The notes below the pieces were generated by a model. It searched no databases. It saw only the letters and a program-made list of their open reading frames with translations, and had not been told where the DNA came from. 64,000 bases of DNA from Yuukianura sp. NJ FZ-2021. Its lineage: Eukaryota. The translations under genes were made by a program, and so were the position numbers. The DNA is taken from the NCBI GenBank assembly GCA_046563655.1, contig CM102283.1:2790001-2854000 (forward strand), given 5' to 3'. Positions 53,618 through 64,000 of this stretch are shown piece after piece. Numbering within the stretch: position 1 is the first letter of the stretch; each line of letters starts with the position of its first letter.

Positions 53618-55310
53618 CATAAACAAGATGATGACAGAGTAATCTGAAGTATCAAAAGTACTTAACTTCCCACAAAGATAACGAATCCACTTCACACCTC
53701 TCTTTGAATCGATCCGTGAACGTTATCTCCAGTCACGTGCCTCTCTTCAACAAAATTCGTACTTATCTAAACCAAAACAAACACTTTACCATTTGTCAAC
53801 ATTACAAATCAAAATTCCTGCACAAAACATAATATGCATAATAACAAACATTCAAATTTTACACCAAACTGCACCAATGGTGCATTTAACCATATTGGGT
53901 TGACGTTGACCTGCAGTGACTTTTGTATCTTACGACAATTTTACGTTTTTGCAAGATACAGGATAAGCATAACTAAGATTCCGTTTGTAATACGTCGTAT
54001 ATGTTTGTAATACGTCGTATACAGTTGCTACCTTTTATCACAGCACCACGTGACCACATCGATTGCCCTTTTGGCGCTAATTATGAAACGTGATATACGT
54101 AGATTCGCTCTGGCTTATCACTGTGCGTGACATACTTTGTTGGCTAGTTTACCACTGAAGTTATGTTGGTCGGAAAACCTAACCACGGAGTTAATCAATT
54201 GAAGAAGTTAATTAAGGTGTGAAAAGTGACGCTCGTGAAGCGTGAAGTGAAGGGCGTAGATCGTGATGTTATAGTAAAGGGCGCCTGCGCCGCGGCCTCA
54301 GCATCTCAACTGGTGCATTTCCTCATGTTCATCGCACTTTCTTTTCCTTGTGAGGAGGTCTGAGGTGTGGAGAGACACGAGTGGTAAAGTGCTACAGTGA
54401 AGTCATTTACTATAAGTTAGGCAACATTACCTATTGTCATGTAAATTTTGGAAATTCCTATAGTATCATGCAACTTAAAGGGAGGGATCTCCAAGTTCAG
54501 CCGAAGTAAGTTACACGAGAAGTTCAGTAGAATTCAGTAATTCGGTAGAATTGAGGTAGTAATTCAGAAGGGGAAGGTCAAGGATTCAAGAAAGGCGCTG
54601 ACTCGTCGTATTGACAAAGTAATCTCTTACTCAGCTAAGATAAGTTAAGAAAGGATAAGAAAGTTTAGAGGTCAAAGTCCATTTTTAAAGTTCATCGGTC
54701 CAAAGAGGTCATCCTTGGTTTCTTTTCTCTCAAACTGTGATTATTCCGTTGAAGATTGTAACATAGTCTACAAGTAATTACTTTATAACTCATTCGTCAA
54801 TCGTCAGACGTAATTTGGACATCGACTATTGACCGCCGAATAAGGTTCAAGTCAGTCAGTGGAAGCTGGAAACGACAAGGTTAGCGGCTACTGCATAGTC
54901 AAGGTATTAAGTTAACTAATTTCAGGGTGTTGGTCTGTTCTTAATGTTTTGGTGGAATTAATTGATTAATTGATTGTTTGGTTAATCTAGGAACGACATT
55001 TTATACTCATGTTCACGGATCGATCTGCTACGACCTACAGACGGAAGATTTTAATTTGAACCCAGAAGTTATTTGAGTACAATTAAGATTCAGATCATCC
55101 GAGATTGCCGAACGAGTTTCGATTTCAGCTAATGCTTGGGATTAATGACAACTAAAGTAGTTAGCAGATTGACTTTAGCAGTTCCTCATGTAAACATTGA
55201 ACCAAATTACTACAATCAAGTAGAATCAGATTGTAAGTTTTCATTTTCAATGGGTTTTTCATACACATTTCATCAATGTTTCCTGTGAAAAATGATTTTT
55301 TAAATTGCAG

Positions 55311-58300
55311 ATGGGACAGCGGCCTTCATCCAACCCTCGACACGACACAGTCATTCTACACTCAAGCAACGGAATTAACGATTTGCTTCAGCGTATTCCC
55401 CTACTTGGAGGAGTGGAAATGGAATCTCATCCTAGACAAGGCAGACGGTCAAGTTCAAGTGACGAAAATTCATTATATGAAGTGGAGATTTGTGACTCAA
55501 AGGTACTTTGGGCTAAAAGCGACAGATAAGATACGCAATTCGGAAGTGTTGACATATTGAATTATTAATTAACTAAGCATTGATTTGTTGTTTGTAGGAA
55601 GCACCTCGTCGAAATGGATCAATCATTCACATTCAACTCCCACCTCCACAACCTCCACGAAAACAATTTCCAGAAGAACGAATAAAGACTGTCGTTGCCT
55701 TCATATGGCTAGCTTTCAACTTTGTGATTACCACCGTCTCTCTGGCTCTGACTCACGAGAGATTACCGAATCCAAAAGAAGTTCAGGCCTTGCCGGATAT
55801 AATCCTCGACAACGTTACGACCATAGACTGGGCCCTTACAGTCTCTGAAGTGATTCTCTCCATGGAGACTTTTGTCGCTTTCTTCATCCTGGCAGTTCAC
55901 AAGCATAGGTAAGCCTAACCTAACTATGCACTCTAATTTGATTAAAGTGAAAACCACTGTCGTTGCATGCCGAGAGACTATTAAATCTGGAACTTGCACA
56001 AATGGGGTTGTTTGTGGAATTGCCCATGCAACTTCCACTAGGTTTTTCACTTTAAACTTCCCGCTAGTTTTTAGGTTCAAATTTACCTCAATTTTAGGCT
56101 CCTTAGCCCCTCCCTCTACTACGCAGTTAGATTTGTCTTTTGTTCTGTTTTGCTCTGTTAGCCCTAAGTCGATCTTAGCACGTTGTTAACAGAAGTACCA
56201 TGCTTTCAGTCTGCTAAGTACTCGCTCTCTCACCTTTCAATCAACAATTAATTGTTTCTCCATACTAATTAACTTTCTTTAATTAAACGTTGGGTTAAAA
56301 GCCCTGATTAATCTGAACTTTCAGATTCTAGTTTTGCCTCAAAGTTATTCCTAAAAAGTTCAGTTTGAAAGTTACTGAACATTGTTTTTCAGATTATCAA
56401 AAATTAACTCTAATTAAAGACTCAGTGACTCCTTATCAGTGAAATGGCCTCTACTTCATCCTCCGACGTAGTGAGCTTCGGTTCTGCGACAGCTGGACTC
56501 GGTCATGTCAGGAAAACCATCGTTCGATTCCAGACGTCTTTGGATCCTGCAACATGGAAACCGGCCACTGTTCCCGAAGTCACCAGTAAGGAGAATCGAC
56601 TAAGCGAAATCAAAACTGAGTTCAACTACTGGAAACGTCATCTAATCTGTGCCAGTACTTCCTCCCAATCATTGGATGACATTGAAGATACACTCATCGA
56701 GTGTGAAGATCTTCTGGAACAGGTACAATTCACCCTTTGCACTGTTAGTGATTCAATTTGTAAACATGACGAGGATCAACCGGGTCCTCCAAGAATTCAA
56801 CATCACCCTAATTTTGAGTCTGAGTTTAAGCTCGAGAAAACTAAACCACCGACGTTTAATGGCGATTACACCGATTGGCAGAACTTCTCGGATCTCTTCC
56901 AGGCTGCCGTTATCCAGAATCCCAGAATTTCCGGTGCTCAAAAGCTCGTCTATCTCAAGAATTCACTGACTGGTGAAGCTGCGTCCATCGCTTCTTCATT
57001 CCCTCTCAATAACCTCAGCTTTAACGAAGCATGGGAATTGGTCGAAAAACGATTTAACAAAAAACGAGAAATTGTTTTTTCGCACCTAACTAAACTATTC
57101 TCTCTTCAGTCAGTTTCAGATACTTCCAAAGGAATCCTGAAACTGGTCGACACCATCAACCAGTGCCTACGTTCCCTCAAAATTCTCAACGTTGATGTCA
57201 CCCATTGGGACATTTTCATCGTCTTCTGGGCCCATTTGAAACTCGATCCAGAGACCAGAAGACAGTGGTTACTGACCACCGATGATGAACTTCCTACTCT
57301 TCCCCCGTTCTTGGAGTTTCTTGAGAAAAGAGCCAACGCCCTTACTCCAACTTCATCATCGTCATCAAAGGGAAAGTCAACCACTTCAATGTCCACTGCT
57401 CATCACACTACTACAGCACAAACCAAAACCAAGTTCGCATGTCCACAGTGTCATGACAAGAATCACCGGATCTTCAGATGTCCGGATTTCCTAAAGTTAT
57501 CTCCTCGCGACCGATCGGCTGCCGCCCGCGAGAAAAAACTGTGCACCAATTGTTTGCGCTCAGATCATCAACTTCGTGAGTGTAAAAGTGAGGGGGTGTG
57601 TGCCAAATGCTCTAATAGGCATCACACTTTTCTACACTTCGACACTCATGTCCCACCTCTTCAGCCGAAACCAAACGGGTCAACTTCCGGCCCATCTTCA
57701 AAAAATTCTTCAGCGGCAAGAACGACACCCTCAACATCCGGCTCAAGCGCATCTCCAGACGAACACGTCGAATCCCATCATTCGTCTTCTACGACTACCA
57801 CTACCAAGGTGGTTCTGATGGCGACTGTCGTCGCAAGAGTCATTGACCAGAATGGGGACCGTCAACTCTGCCGTGTATTTCTGGACCCCGGCTCCGAATC
57901 CAACTTCGTCTCAGAAGCTTTCGCCGATCGTTTCAAGTTGAAGCGGCAGAAGTCATGCATCAGCGTGACTGGAATTGGAGGATCATCCGGAGGCTCTACC
58001 CGTGGTGTGGTAAACTTCAAATTACTCTCACGGTTTGATAATTTTGTTTTTCCAGTCAGAGCTCTCATCTTGCCTCGTCTCACTGGACTTCTTCCACGCT
58101 CCAACTGTCAGGGGTCATTTCCTCACTTGGATGGTCTTTCTCTCGCTGACCCGGAATTCAACATTCCATCATCAATCGACATCTTACTTGGAGCAGAGGC
58201 GACTGCTCAAGTACTCCTGCCTGGACTGAAAATGGGACTCCCTGGAACTCCTACTGCCCAAGACTCTCGTTTCGGCTGGTTCCTGACTGGCACGTCCCCA

Positions 58301-61300
58301 TTAAGCCCAGGTCACACCTCGACTTTCTCTGTCACATCATGCCACGCCTCTTGTGATCCAAACGATCAGTGTTTGGAAGCATCACTTGAGCGATTTTGGG
58401 AATTCGAGGATCCGTCGCCGTCGACACCTCAACTTAAGGCTGATGATCTGGAAGCTGAAAGCCACTTCCAAAGTACCTTCTCCCGCGACTCAACCGGACG
58501 GTACCAAGTCAGCCTCCCATTCAAAGATTCTGGGGATCTGGGGGAATCCTTGAAGAAAGCTACATCCTGCTTCCTCTCACTGGAACGTCAACTAGACAAA
58601 GACCCCACCCTCAAATCAGCATACCACTCACAGATCCAGGACTATCTTGCCAGAAACTGGGTCGAGAAAATTCCGGAAGCTGAACTTTCTCCGAATCAAA
58701 GGATCAAGGTCACATCAGCCAATGGAACAGAACTCTCTCTCCGTCCGTTTTACTTACCTCATCATGTGGTTGTAAAACCGGACAACACAACGACTAAATT
58801 CCGGATCGTCTTCAACGCTTCAGCTAAAACGAGTTCCGGACAGTCTCTCAATTCTATTCTGCATTCTGGTCCGAAAATTCAGACAGACCTTCATCCTCTG
58901 CTCATGCGCTTCAGAACTCATCCAATCACTCTATGCGCTGACATCGTGAAATTTTACAACCAAATTCAAGTATCTCCTTCACACTGCAACTTCCAACGTT
59001 TTCTGTGGAGACCAGACCGGGGTGAACCATTCACTCATCTTCGCTTTCTCCGATTGACCTTTGGCGTAACCACTGCTCCTTTCCTGGCAATCCGCGTTCT
59101 ACGCCAACTGGGGGAAGAATACAGGGAAGACTTTCCTCTCGCCTACGCTTCAATTCAGAACGACTTCCTCGTGGACAACCTACTCTCAGGCGGAACCACA
59201 ACTGAAGAAGTCATCCAACTGAAGTCTCAAATCGAATCAGTCTTATCAATTGGCAAGTTCCCTCTTCAAAAATGGGCTTCTAACTGCCCGGAAGTACTCG
59301 AGTCACTTTCACCAGAAGAGCGGGAAAACTACTCAATGGACATACAAGTGGACGAGTCGGTCAAGACCATTGGTCTCTTCTGGCACCCTGCCTCAGATTC
59401 ATTTGGCGTCAAGATCACTCCACCACCGTCTCTTTCTTCATTCACCAAACGTGAAATCCTGTCACATGTGGCTCGGATCTTTGACCCTCTTCAATGGCTC
59501 TCTCCAGTCACCATTACAGCCAAAATCCTTCTCCAGTCCCTCTGGAAAGAAAAAATCGGATGGGATGACCCCATTCCTCAACATTACGTCAAGAAGTGGC
59601 TCAAATACTCTTTGGAACTTGAACTTCTTCGAAATTTCCGCATCCCTCGATGTCTCACTTTCGCTACTCCTGCATCCTCCACTGTGACCCATGACCTCAT
59701 CGGCTTCTGCGACGCTTCAAATCTCGCGTACGGTGCCTGCGTCTACTTACGGTCCAAGTGCGAGGACGAGGTGAAAGTACTGCTCATCGCAGCCAAAACC
59801 AAGGTTGCTCCTGTCGGCGGAGAAACGACTCCCAGACTGGAACTCTCCAGTGCCGTACTCCTTTCACAACTTGTGAACTACGTCTACACTGCTCTCATCT
59901 CTACTAAAATTAAAATTTCGTCTGTTCTCTGCTTCACAGATTCTACTGGAGCACTTGGACAACTCTTTTCCAATGAGAAGCAGACAGTCTTCGTGGCCAA
60001 TCGCGTCCGGAAGATCAAGAACAGTCCAGTCACCACCCGTTGGTACCATGTACCGGGAGAGCTGAACCCTGCCGACTGCTGCTCAAGAGGAATCTCACCA
60101 TCCAACTTTCTCAACCATCCACTCTGGCTCCACGGACCAGAATTCCTCAAGGCAGAAGATCTACCCCCTCAACCATACGCTGAAAATGTTGCAACTTTCA
60201 TAGCCTCACTGGGAGCTGGAGCAACATTCGCCTCATGTGGAATCTTTCGCCTCATCGAGTCTACTCCCTCCTTCACAAAGATGAAGAGGCTTCTCGCCTA
60301 CTGGATCAGACTCCAAAACAACAACCGAAGAGGAGCGATGCCGACGTCTGGACCGCTCACTTCAGCAGAACTGGAACAGGCTCAACTTGCCCTCATCAAG
60401 GAAGTCCAGAAGGCCTGCTTTCCCGAAGCAATCACTTTCCTAGCCAAGAAGAAGCAGACTAAAGGGAACATCAAATTCCTATCTCCGTTCTTGGACCACA
60501 ACGGAATCCTTCGCGTAGGAGGCAGACTCCAGATGTCGGCACTCGACTTTTCAAGCCGTCATCCAGTCCTTCTACCAAAGTGTCATTCCAAGCCAACTTC
60601 AACCGAAGACAGAATCTTCAGTCATTTCGTCCTTGCTGTGGCTCGTCACTTCCACGAAGCAAACCTCCACGCTGGACCGAAACTCCTCCTCTCGCTCATC
60701 CGCTCGGAATTCTGGATTCCACGAGGACCCGATCTCTGCAGCAGGATCTTCAAATCCTGCGTCATCTGCTTTAAACAGAGACCTCACCACTCCACTCAAA
60801 TTATGGCACCTCTGCCCACCGCTCGTGTCACTCCGGACTTCCCGTTTCTGAAAGTTGGCGTGGACTACGCAGGTCCACTCAAGATTGCCCTCATTCCAGG
60901 ACGGAAGCCACGCCTACTTGACGCCTACGTTTGCGTGTTCATCTGTATGGCCACCAAGGCCGTACACTTGGAGTACGTCGGAGGACTCTCCACTCCCGAC
61001 TTCATTGCTGCTCTCCAACGCTTCTGCGCCATCCGGAACACACCAGCAGAAATCTACTGCGACGGAGGTCGGAACTTCCTTGGCGCTAAGAACGAGATGG
61101 AAGCCCTTCAAAAGCTGCTGTCGTCACCACAACATCAGCACAAAGTTACACTCTTCGCCACTGGAGAGAAGATCAATTTCTTCTTCAGCCCCCCTTACGG
61201 ACCACATCACGGAGGACTTTGGGAGGCGGCTGTCAAGAGCATGAAGCTCCATCTCCACAGAATCATTCAAGGTCACCACATTTCACTGGAAGAATTCGTG

Positions 61301-63899
61301 ACTCTGCTCGCTCGCACTTCAGCTGCACTCAATTCCAGACCATTGACGCCTGTCTCAAATCACCCCGACGATTTCCAGGCACTCACTCCATTCCACTTCC
61401 TGTCTCTCCGTGCTCCTAAGTACATTCCGGAAGAGGATTTGACTTCAATGAAGTCACACCGCAGCCGCTGGGAACTTGTCCAGCAGATGGCGCAACATTT
61501 CTTCAAGAACTGGAGCTCCGACTTCCTGCAGTCTCTCCAGCAAAAACACAAGTGGCTCCAAACTCAACCTAATCTCGCAACTGGAATGATGGTGCTCGTA
61601 CAAGACGTCGACTCATCATTCAAGCACAAGCGCTGGATTCTGGGACGAGTAGAAGCCACCTTCCCTGGGGCCGACGGAAGAGTCAGAACCTGCGACGTTA
61701 GAATCCCGGTTGACAACTCCGACAAGAAAGGACCCCCTACCAAAATCTATCGACGCCCCATCACTCGACTTGCTCCTCTACCCATCGATGATGACGTCAC
61801 TGCAGCATTCTCCAACATCAACTAGATGTAGATTTGCTTTTCAACTTCCAGTAGAGCTTAGAGTTAAGTCCTAAATTTAGATTTTCTTAAAATTTAGGTT
61901 TAACTTAATTTTAGCCCTATCTCTTGTAAAATGTAAGTTTCTTGCGCTTGCGCGCATTTTCACAAGCAACTCCGTTTTCGTTTCCACTTTAATTTTCAAT
62001 TTTTCCTTGGTGGATTTCCTAAATCCACCAACGCCGGGGAATGTTTGTGGAATTGCCCATGCAACTTCCACTAGGTTTTTCACTTTAAACTTCCCGCTAG
62101 TTTTTAGGTTCAAATTTACCTCAATTTTAGGCTCCTTAGCCCCTCCCTCTACTACGCAGTTAGATTTGTCTTTTGTTCTGTTTTGCTCTGTTAGCCCTAA
62201 GTCGATCTTAGCACGTTGTTAACAGAAGTACCATGCTTTCAGTCTGCTAAGTACTCGCTCTCTCACCTTTCAATCAACAATTAATTGTTTCTCCATACTA
62301 ATTAACTTTCTTTAATTAAACGTTGGGTTAAAAGCCCTGATTAATCTGAACTTTCAGATTCTAGTTTTGCCTCAAAGTTATTCCTAAAAAGTTCAGTTTG
62401 AAAGTTACTGAACAGGGGTCCATCTCCATAAAAAAATTGCCACTGGAGCTGTTTTTTCTTTGTAAAACTCCTGGAGCGAGACAGTACTCACTACAGCAAA
62501 ACCTCTCTTATAGAAACTCCCTCCCATACCGTAAACTCTCGTTTATGGTACCGGTTTCTGGGAAAGAAGTTGTTAGAGAGCTTTTGCTGTAGTGGTTTCC
62601 TGAAATTACGAAAATGGATTCTCGTGATAACCATTACGAGTTAGATCGATATTGATGAGAAAATGCTATTTTTGGCTGGTCGATTCTCACGGGAAAACAT
62701 CACCCGACCTTCACTTTTTATAGTCTGGAATCTACTACAGAAAAAGCACTTTTTAGCACTAAGTTATGTTTGACGGGAACTGATTTATTGATTACGTTTT
62801 CAGGTGGATTGTCTTCCGTCGTGTCTTCTTTATTCTGGGATGGCTCTATCTAATGAGATCTTTCACAATGTACGTTACCGTGCTACCTGTCGCTTCTAGA
62901 TCATATGCCCTCCATGTCTGTGCTCCCAAAGCAAACAACACTTCGCCATTTGTAATTGCACGAAGAGCCATTCAGCTGATGAGTGGATTCGGACTCTCTA
63001 TGAATGGACATCACGTGTACTGTGGAGGTAATTTGCTAATTGAATTACAGTAAAACTCCTCGTTGTGCAACGTTTTCAAGGGTTGTAATTGTAAACTCTC
63101 AGTTAAACTTTCCAAGTATTGAAGCGGTGATTGGTGTGTACTTTATAAGAAACTTTACGGTAACACACGAAATATTTCGCAATGAGAGGTTTTACTGTAT
63201 TTCAGTTTAGCTATGAGCTGCATTATGGTATAAGGGTAATGCAATTCCGTTTTTGTACTAAAATCGATATTGTTCCATTTGCAGATTACATGTACTCAGG
63301 TCACACAGTTGTGCTCGTCACTTCCTTCCTCATCATTCAAGAATGTAAGTAAAATATTCCTGCTCTCCGTAAAATCAAATCGTTTTTTTTTTTCAAAATT
63401 TTTGTTTCTTTCTACTCGATTTCAATCGATTTTTCTCGTTGTTTGGTTTTCAGACAGCCCTAAAAGGTATCACATTTTGCACTGGATAGCAGGAGCTCTG
63501 AGTGTCGTTGGTGTTGTAATGATTCTGAAATCACGAGGACATTACACCATTGATGTGCTAGTGGCCTACTATGTAACCACGCGACTCTGGTGGACATACC
63601 ACACCATGGCGAATAATATCATCCTAAAGGTACCATGTCAAATTCAAAATTTTGAAGATTTTTGGACATTTTGAATGAAAATATGTCTGGATTGAGCAGT
63701 ATTTTGAAAATTTTCGATTTTGTTTTTGAACTAGAATTACTCTCCTTCCAATTACTTGGCGAGGATATGGTGGTTTCCAATTTTTCAGTACCTGGAGGGC
63801 AATGTGGGTGGAATTGTGCCCAGAAACTATAACTCTCCGTCTGCCTGTCTCTCAAAACTGCATGGACGTCTGTTTCGTCGTAACAACGTTCGTAGCTGA
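55311..63899 (+). CDS. Sphingomyelin synthase family (phosphatidylcholine:ceramide cholinephosphotransferase)
   Basis: Exons about 55311-55502, 55598-55908, 62804-63027, 63284-63343, 63454-63629 and 63735-63899. Motifs HERLP..LPDI, HKHRWIVFRR, MRSFTMYVTVLP, CGDYMYSGHT and HYTIDVLVAYY. Confidence 0.92.
56009..62414 (+). mobile_element. Full-length BEL/Pao LTR retrotransposon inserted in an SMS intron
   Basis: 373-bp LTRs TGT...ACA at 56009-56381 and 62042-62414, identical by eye. 5-bp TSD GGGGT (56004-56008, 62415-62419). Purine tract GGGGAA precedes the 3' LTR. Confidence 0.97.
56444..61825 (+). CDS. BEL/Pao gag-pol polyprotein (1793 aa, uninterrupted)
   Basis: Gag (PTFNGDYTDW) with three Cys/His knuckles, protease LDPGS, RT (YLPHH, RIVFNAS, LTFG, LVDN), RNase H (FCDAS, PRLEL, TDS, NPAD) and integrase (H..H..C..C, VDYAGP, CDGG, GGLWEAAVK). 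No env ORF. Confidence 0.96.
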   Translation: MASTSSSDVVSFGSATAGLGHVRKTIVRFQTSLDPATWKPATVPEVTSKENRLSEIKTEFNYWKRHLICASTSSQSLDDIEDTLIECEDLLEQVQFTLCTVSDSICKHDEDQPGPPRIQHHPNFESEFKLEKTKPPTFNGDYTDWQNFSDLFQAAVIQNPRISGAQKLVYLKNSLTGEAASIASSFPLNNLSFNEAWELVEKRFNKKREIVFSHLTKLFSLQSVSDTSKGILKLVDTINQCLRSLKILNVDVTHWDIFIVFWAHLKLDPETRRQWLLTTDDELPTLPPFLEFLEKRANALTPTSSSSSKGKSTTSMSTAHHTTTAQTKTKFACPQCHDKNHRIFRCPDFLKLSPRDRSAAAREKKLCTNCLRSDHQLRECKSEGVCAKCSNRHHTFLHFDTHVPPLQPKPNGSTSGPSSKNSSAARTTPSTSGSSASPDEHVESHHSSSTTTTTKVVLMATVVARVIDQNGDRQLCRVFLDPGSESNFVSEAFADRFKLKRQKSCISVTGIGGSSGGSTRGVVNFKLLSRFDNFVFPVRALILPRLTGLLPRSNCQGSFPHLDGLSLADPEFNIPSSIDILLGAEATAQVLLPGLKMGLPGTPTAQDSRFGWFLTGTSPLSPGHTSTFSVTSCHASCDPNDQCLEASLERFWEFEDPSPSTPQLKADDLEAESHFQSTFSRDSTGRYQVSLPFKDSGDLGESLKKATSCFLSLERQLDKDPTLKSAYHSQIQDYLARNWVEKIPEAELSPNQRIKVTSANGTELSLRPFYLPHHVVVKPDNTTTKFRIVFNASAKTSSGQSLNSILHSGPKIQTDLHPLLMRFRTHPITLCADIVKFYNQIQVSPSHCNFQRFLWRPDRGEPFTHLRFLRLTFGVTTAPFLAIRVLRQLGEEYREDFPLAYASIQNDFLVDNLLSGGTTTEEVIQLKSQIESVLSIGKFPLQKWASNCPEVLESLSPEERENYSMDIQVDESVKTIGLFWHPASDSFGVKITPPPSLSSFTKREILSHVARIFDPLQWLSPVTITAKILLQSLWKEKIGWDDPIPQHYVKKWLKYSLELELLRNFRIPRCLTFATPASSTVTHDLIGFCDASNLAYGACVYLRSKCEDEVKVLLIAAKTKVAPVGGETTPRLELSSAVLLSQLVNYVYTALISTKIKISSVLCFTDSTGALGQLFSNEKQTVFVANRVRKIKNSPVTTRWYHVPGELNPADCCSRGISPSNFLNHPLWLHGPEFLKAEDLPPQPYAENVATFIASLGAGATFASCGIFRLIESTPSFTKMKRLLAYWIRLQNNNRRGAMPTSGPLTSAELEQAQLALIKEVQKACFPEAITFLAKKKQTKGNIKFLSPFLDHNGILRVGGRLQMSALDFSSRHPVLLPKCHSKPTSTEDRIFSHFVLAVARHFHEANLHAGPKLLLSLIRSEFWIPRGPDLCSRIFKSCVICFKQRPHHSTQIMAPLPTARVTPDFPFLKVGVDYAGPLKIALIPGRKPRLLDAYVCVFICMATKAVHLEYVGGLSTPDFIAALQRFCAIRNTPAEIYCDGGRNFLGAKNEMEALQKLLSSPQHQHKVTLFATGEKINFFFSPPYGPHHGGLWEAAVKSMKLHLHRIIQGHHISLEEFVTLLARTSAALNSRPLTPVSNHPDDFQALTPFHFLSLRAPKYIPEEDLTSMKSHRSRWELVQQMAQHFFKNWSSDFLQSLQQKHKWLQTQPNLATGMMVLVQDVDSSFKHKRWILGRVEATFPGADGRVRTCDVRIPVDNSDKKGPPTKIYRRPITRLAPLPIDDDVTAAFSNIN
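63048..63197. mobile_element. Tc1/mariner/pogo-type MITE in an SMS intron
   Basis: TA-CAGTAAAAC...GTTTTACTG-TA ends with TA target duplication; 150 bp. Confidence 0.65.
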
Positions 63900-64000
63900 C
63901 TCTAGTGGAGTCCACTAGTAATACTTACAAGTGGAGTTCACTAATACTTGCAAGTATTTGTTCCCTTTTAATTACTGATTGAGTAAGTTCTTTCTTCAGA

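Overview
Gene-dense, AT-rich eukaryotic genomic DNA with short GT-AG introns. It looks arthropod-like, possibly a springtail, but the taxon is an inference. Host genes in order: an SH2 adaptor (BLNK/SLP-76-like), an intronless patatin lipase (PNPLA2/brummer-like), CCDC61, IDH3A, CREB, AK6, a four-copy tandem family of small secreted Lys/Gly-Lys-rich peptides, PICALM/AP180, TIPRL, two divergent MFS (SLC16-like) transporters flanking a small Gly/Met-rich secreted peptide gene, and a sphingomyelin synthase. Mobile DNA: a CRE-clade non-LTR retrotransposon, a full-length BEL/Pao LTR element with apparently identical LTRs inside the SMS gene, a hAT deletion derivative, a DINE/HINE-like element nested in a foldback MITE, and smaller MITEs. 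The top finding is that the CRE retrotransposon carries an N-terminal RFX-type winged-helix DNA-binding domain instead of zinc fingers and lies about 80 bp from an X-box in front of the centriolar gene CCDC61, suggesting X-box-directed targeting or autoregulation. Exon boundaries were read by eye and are approximate.
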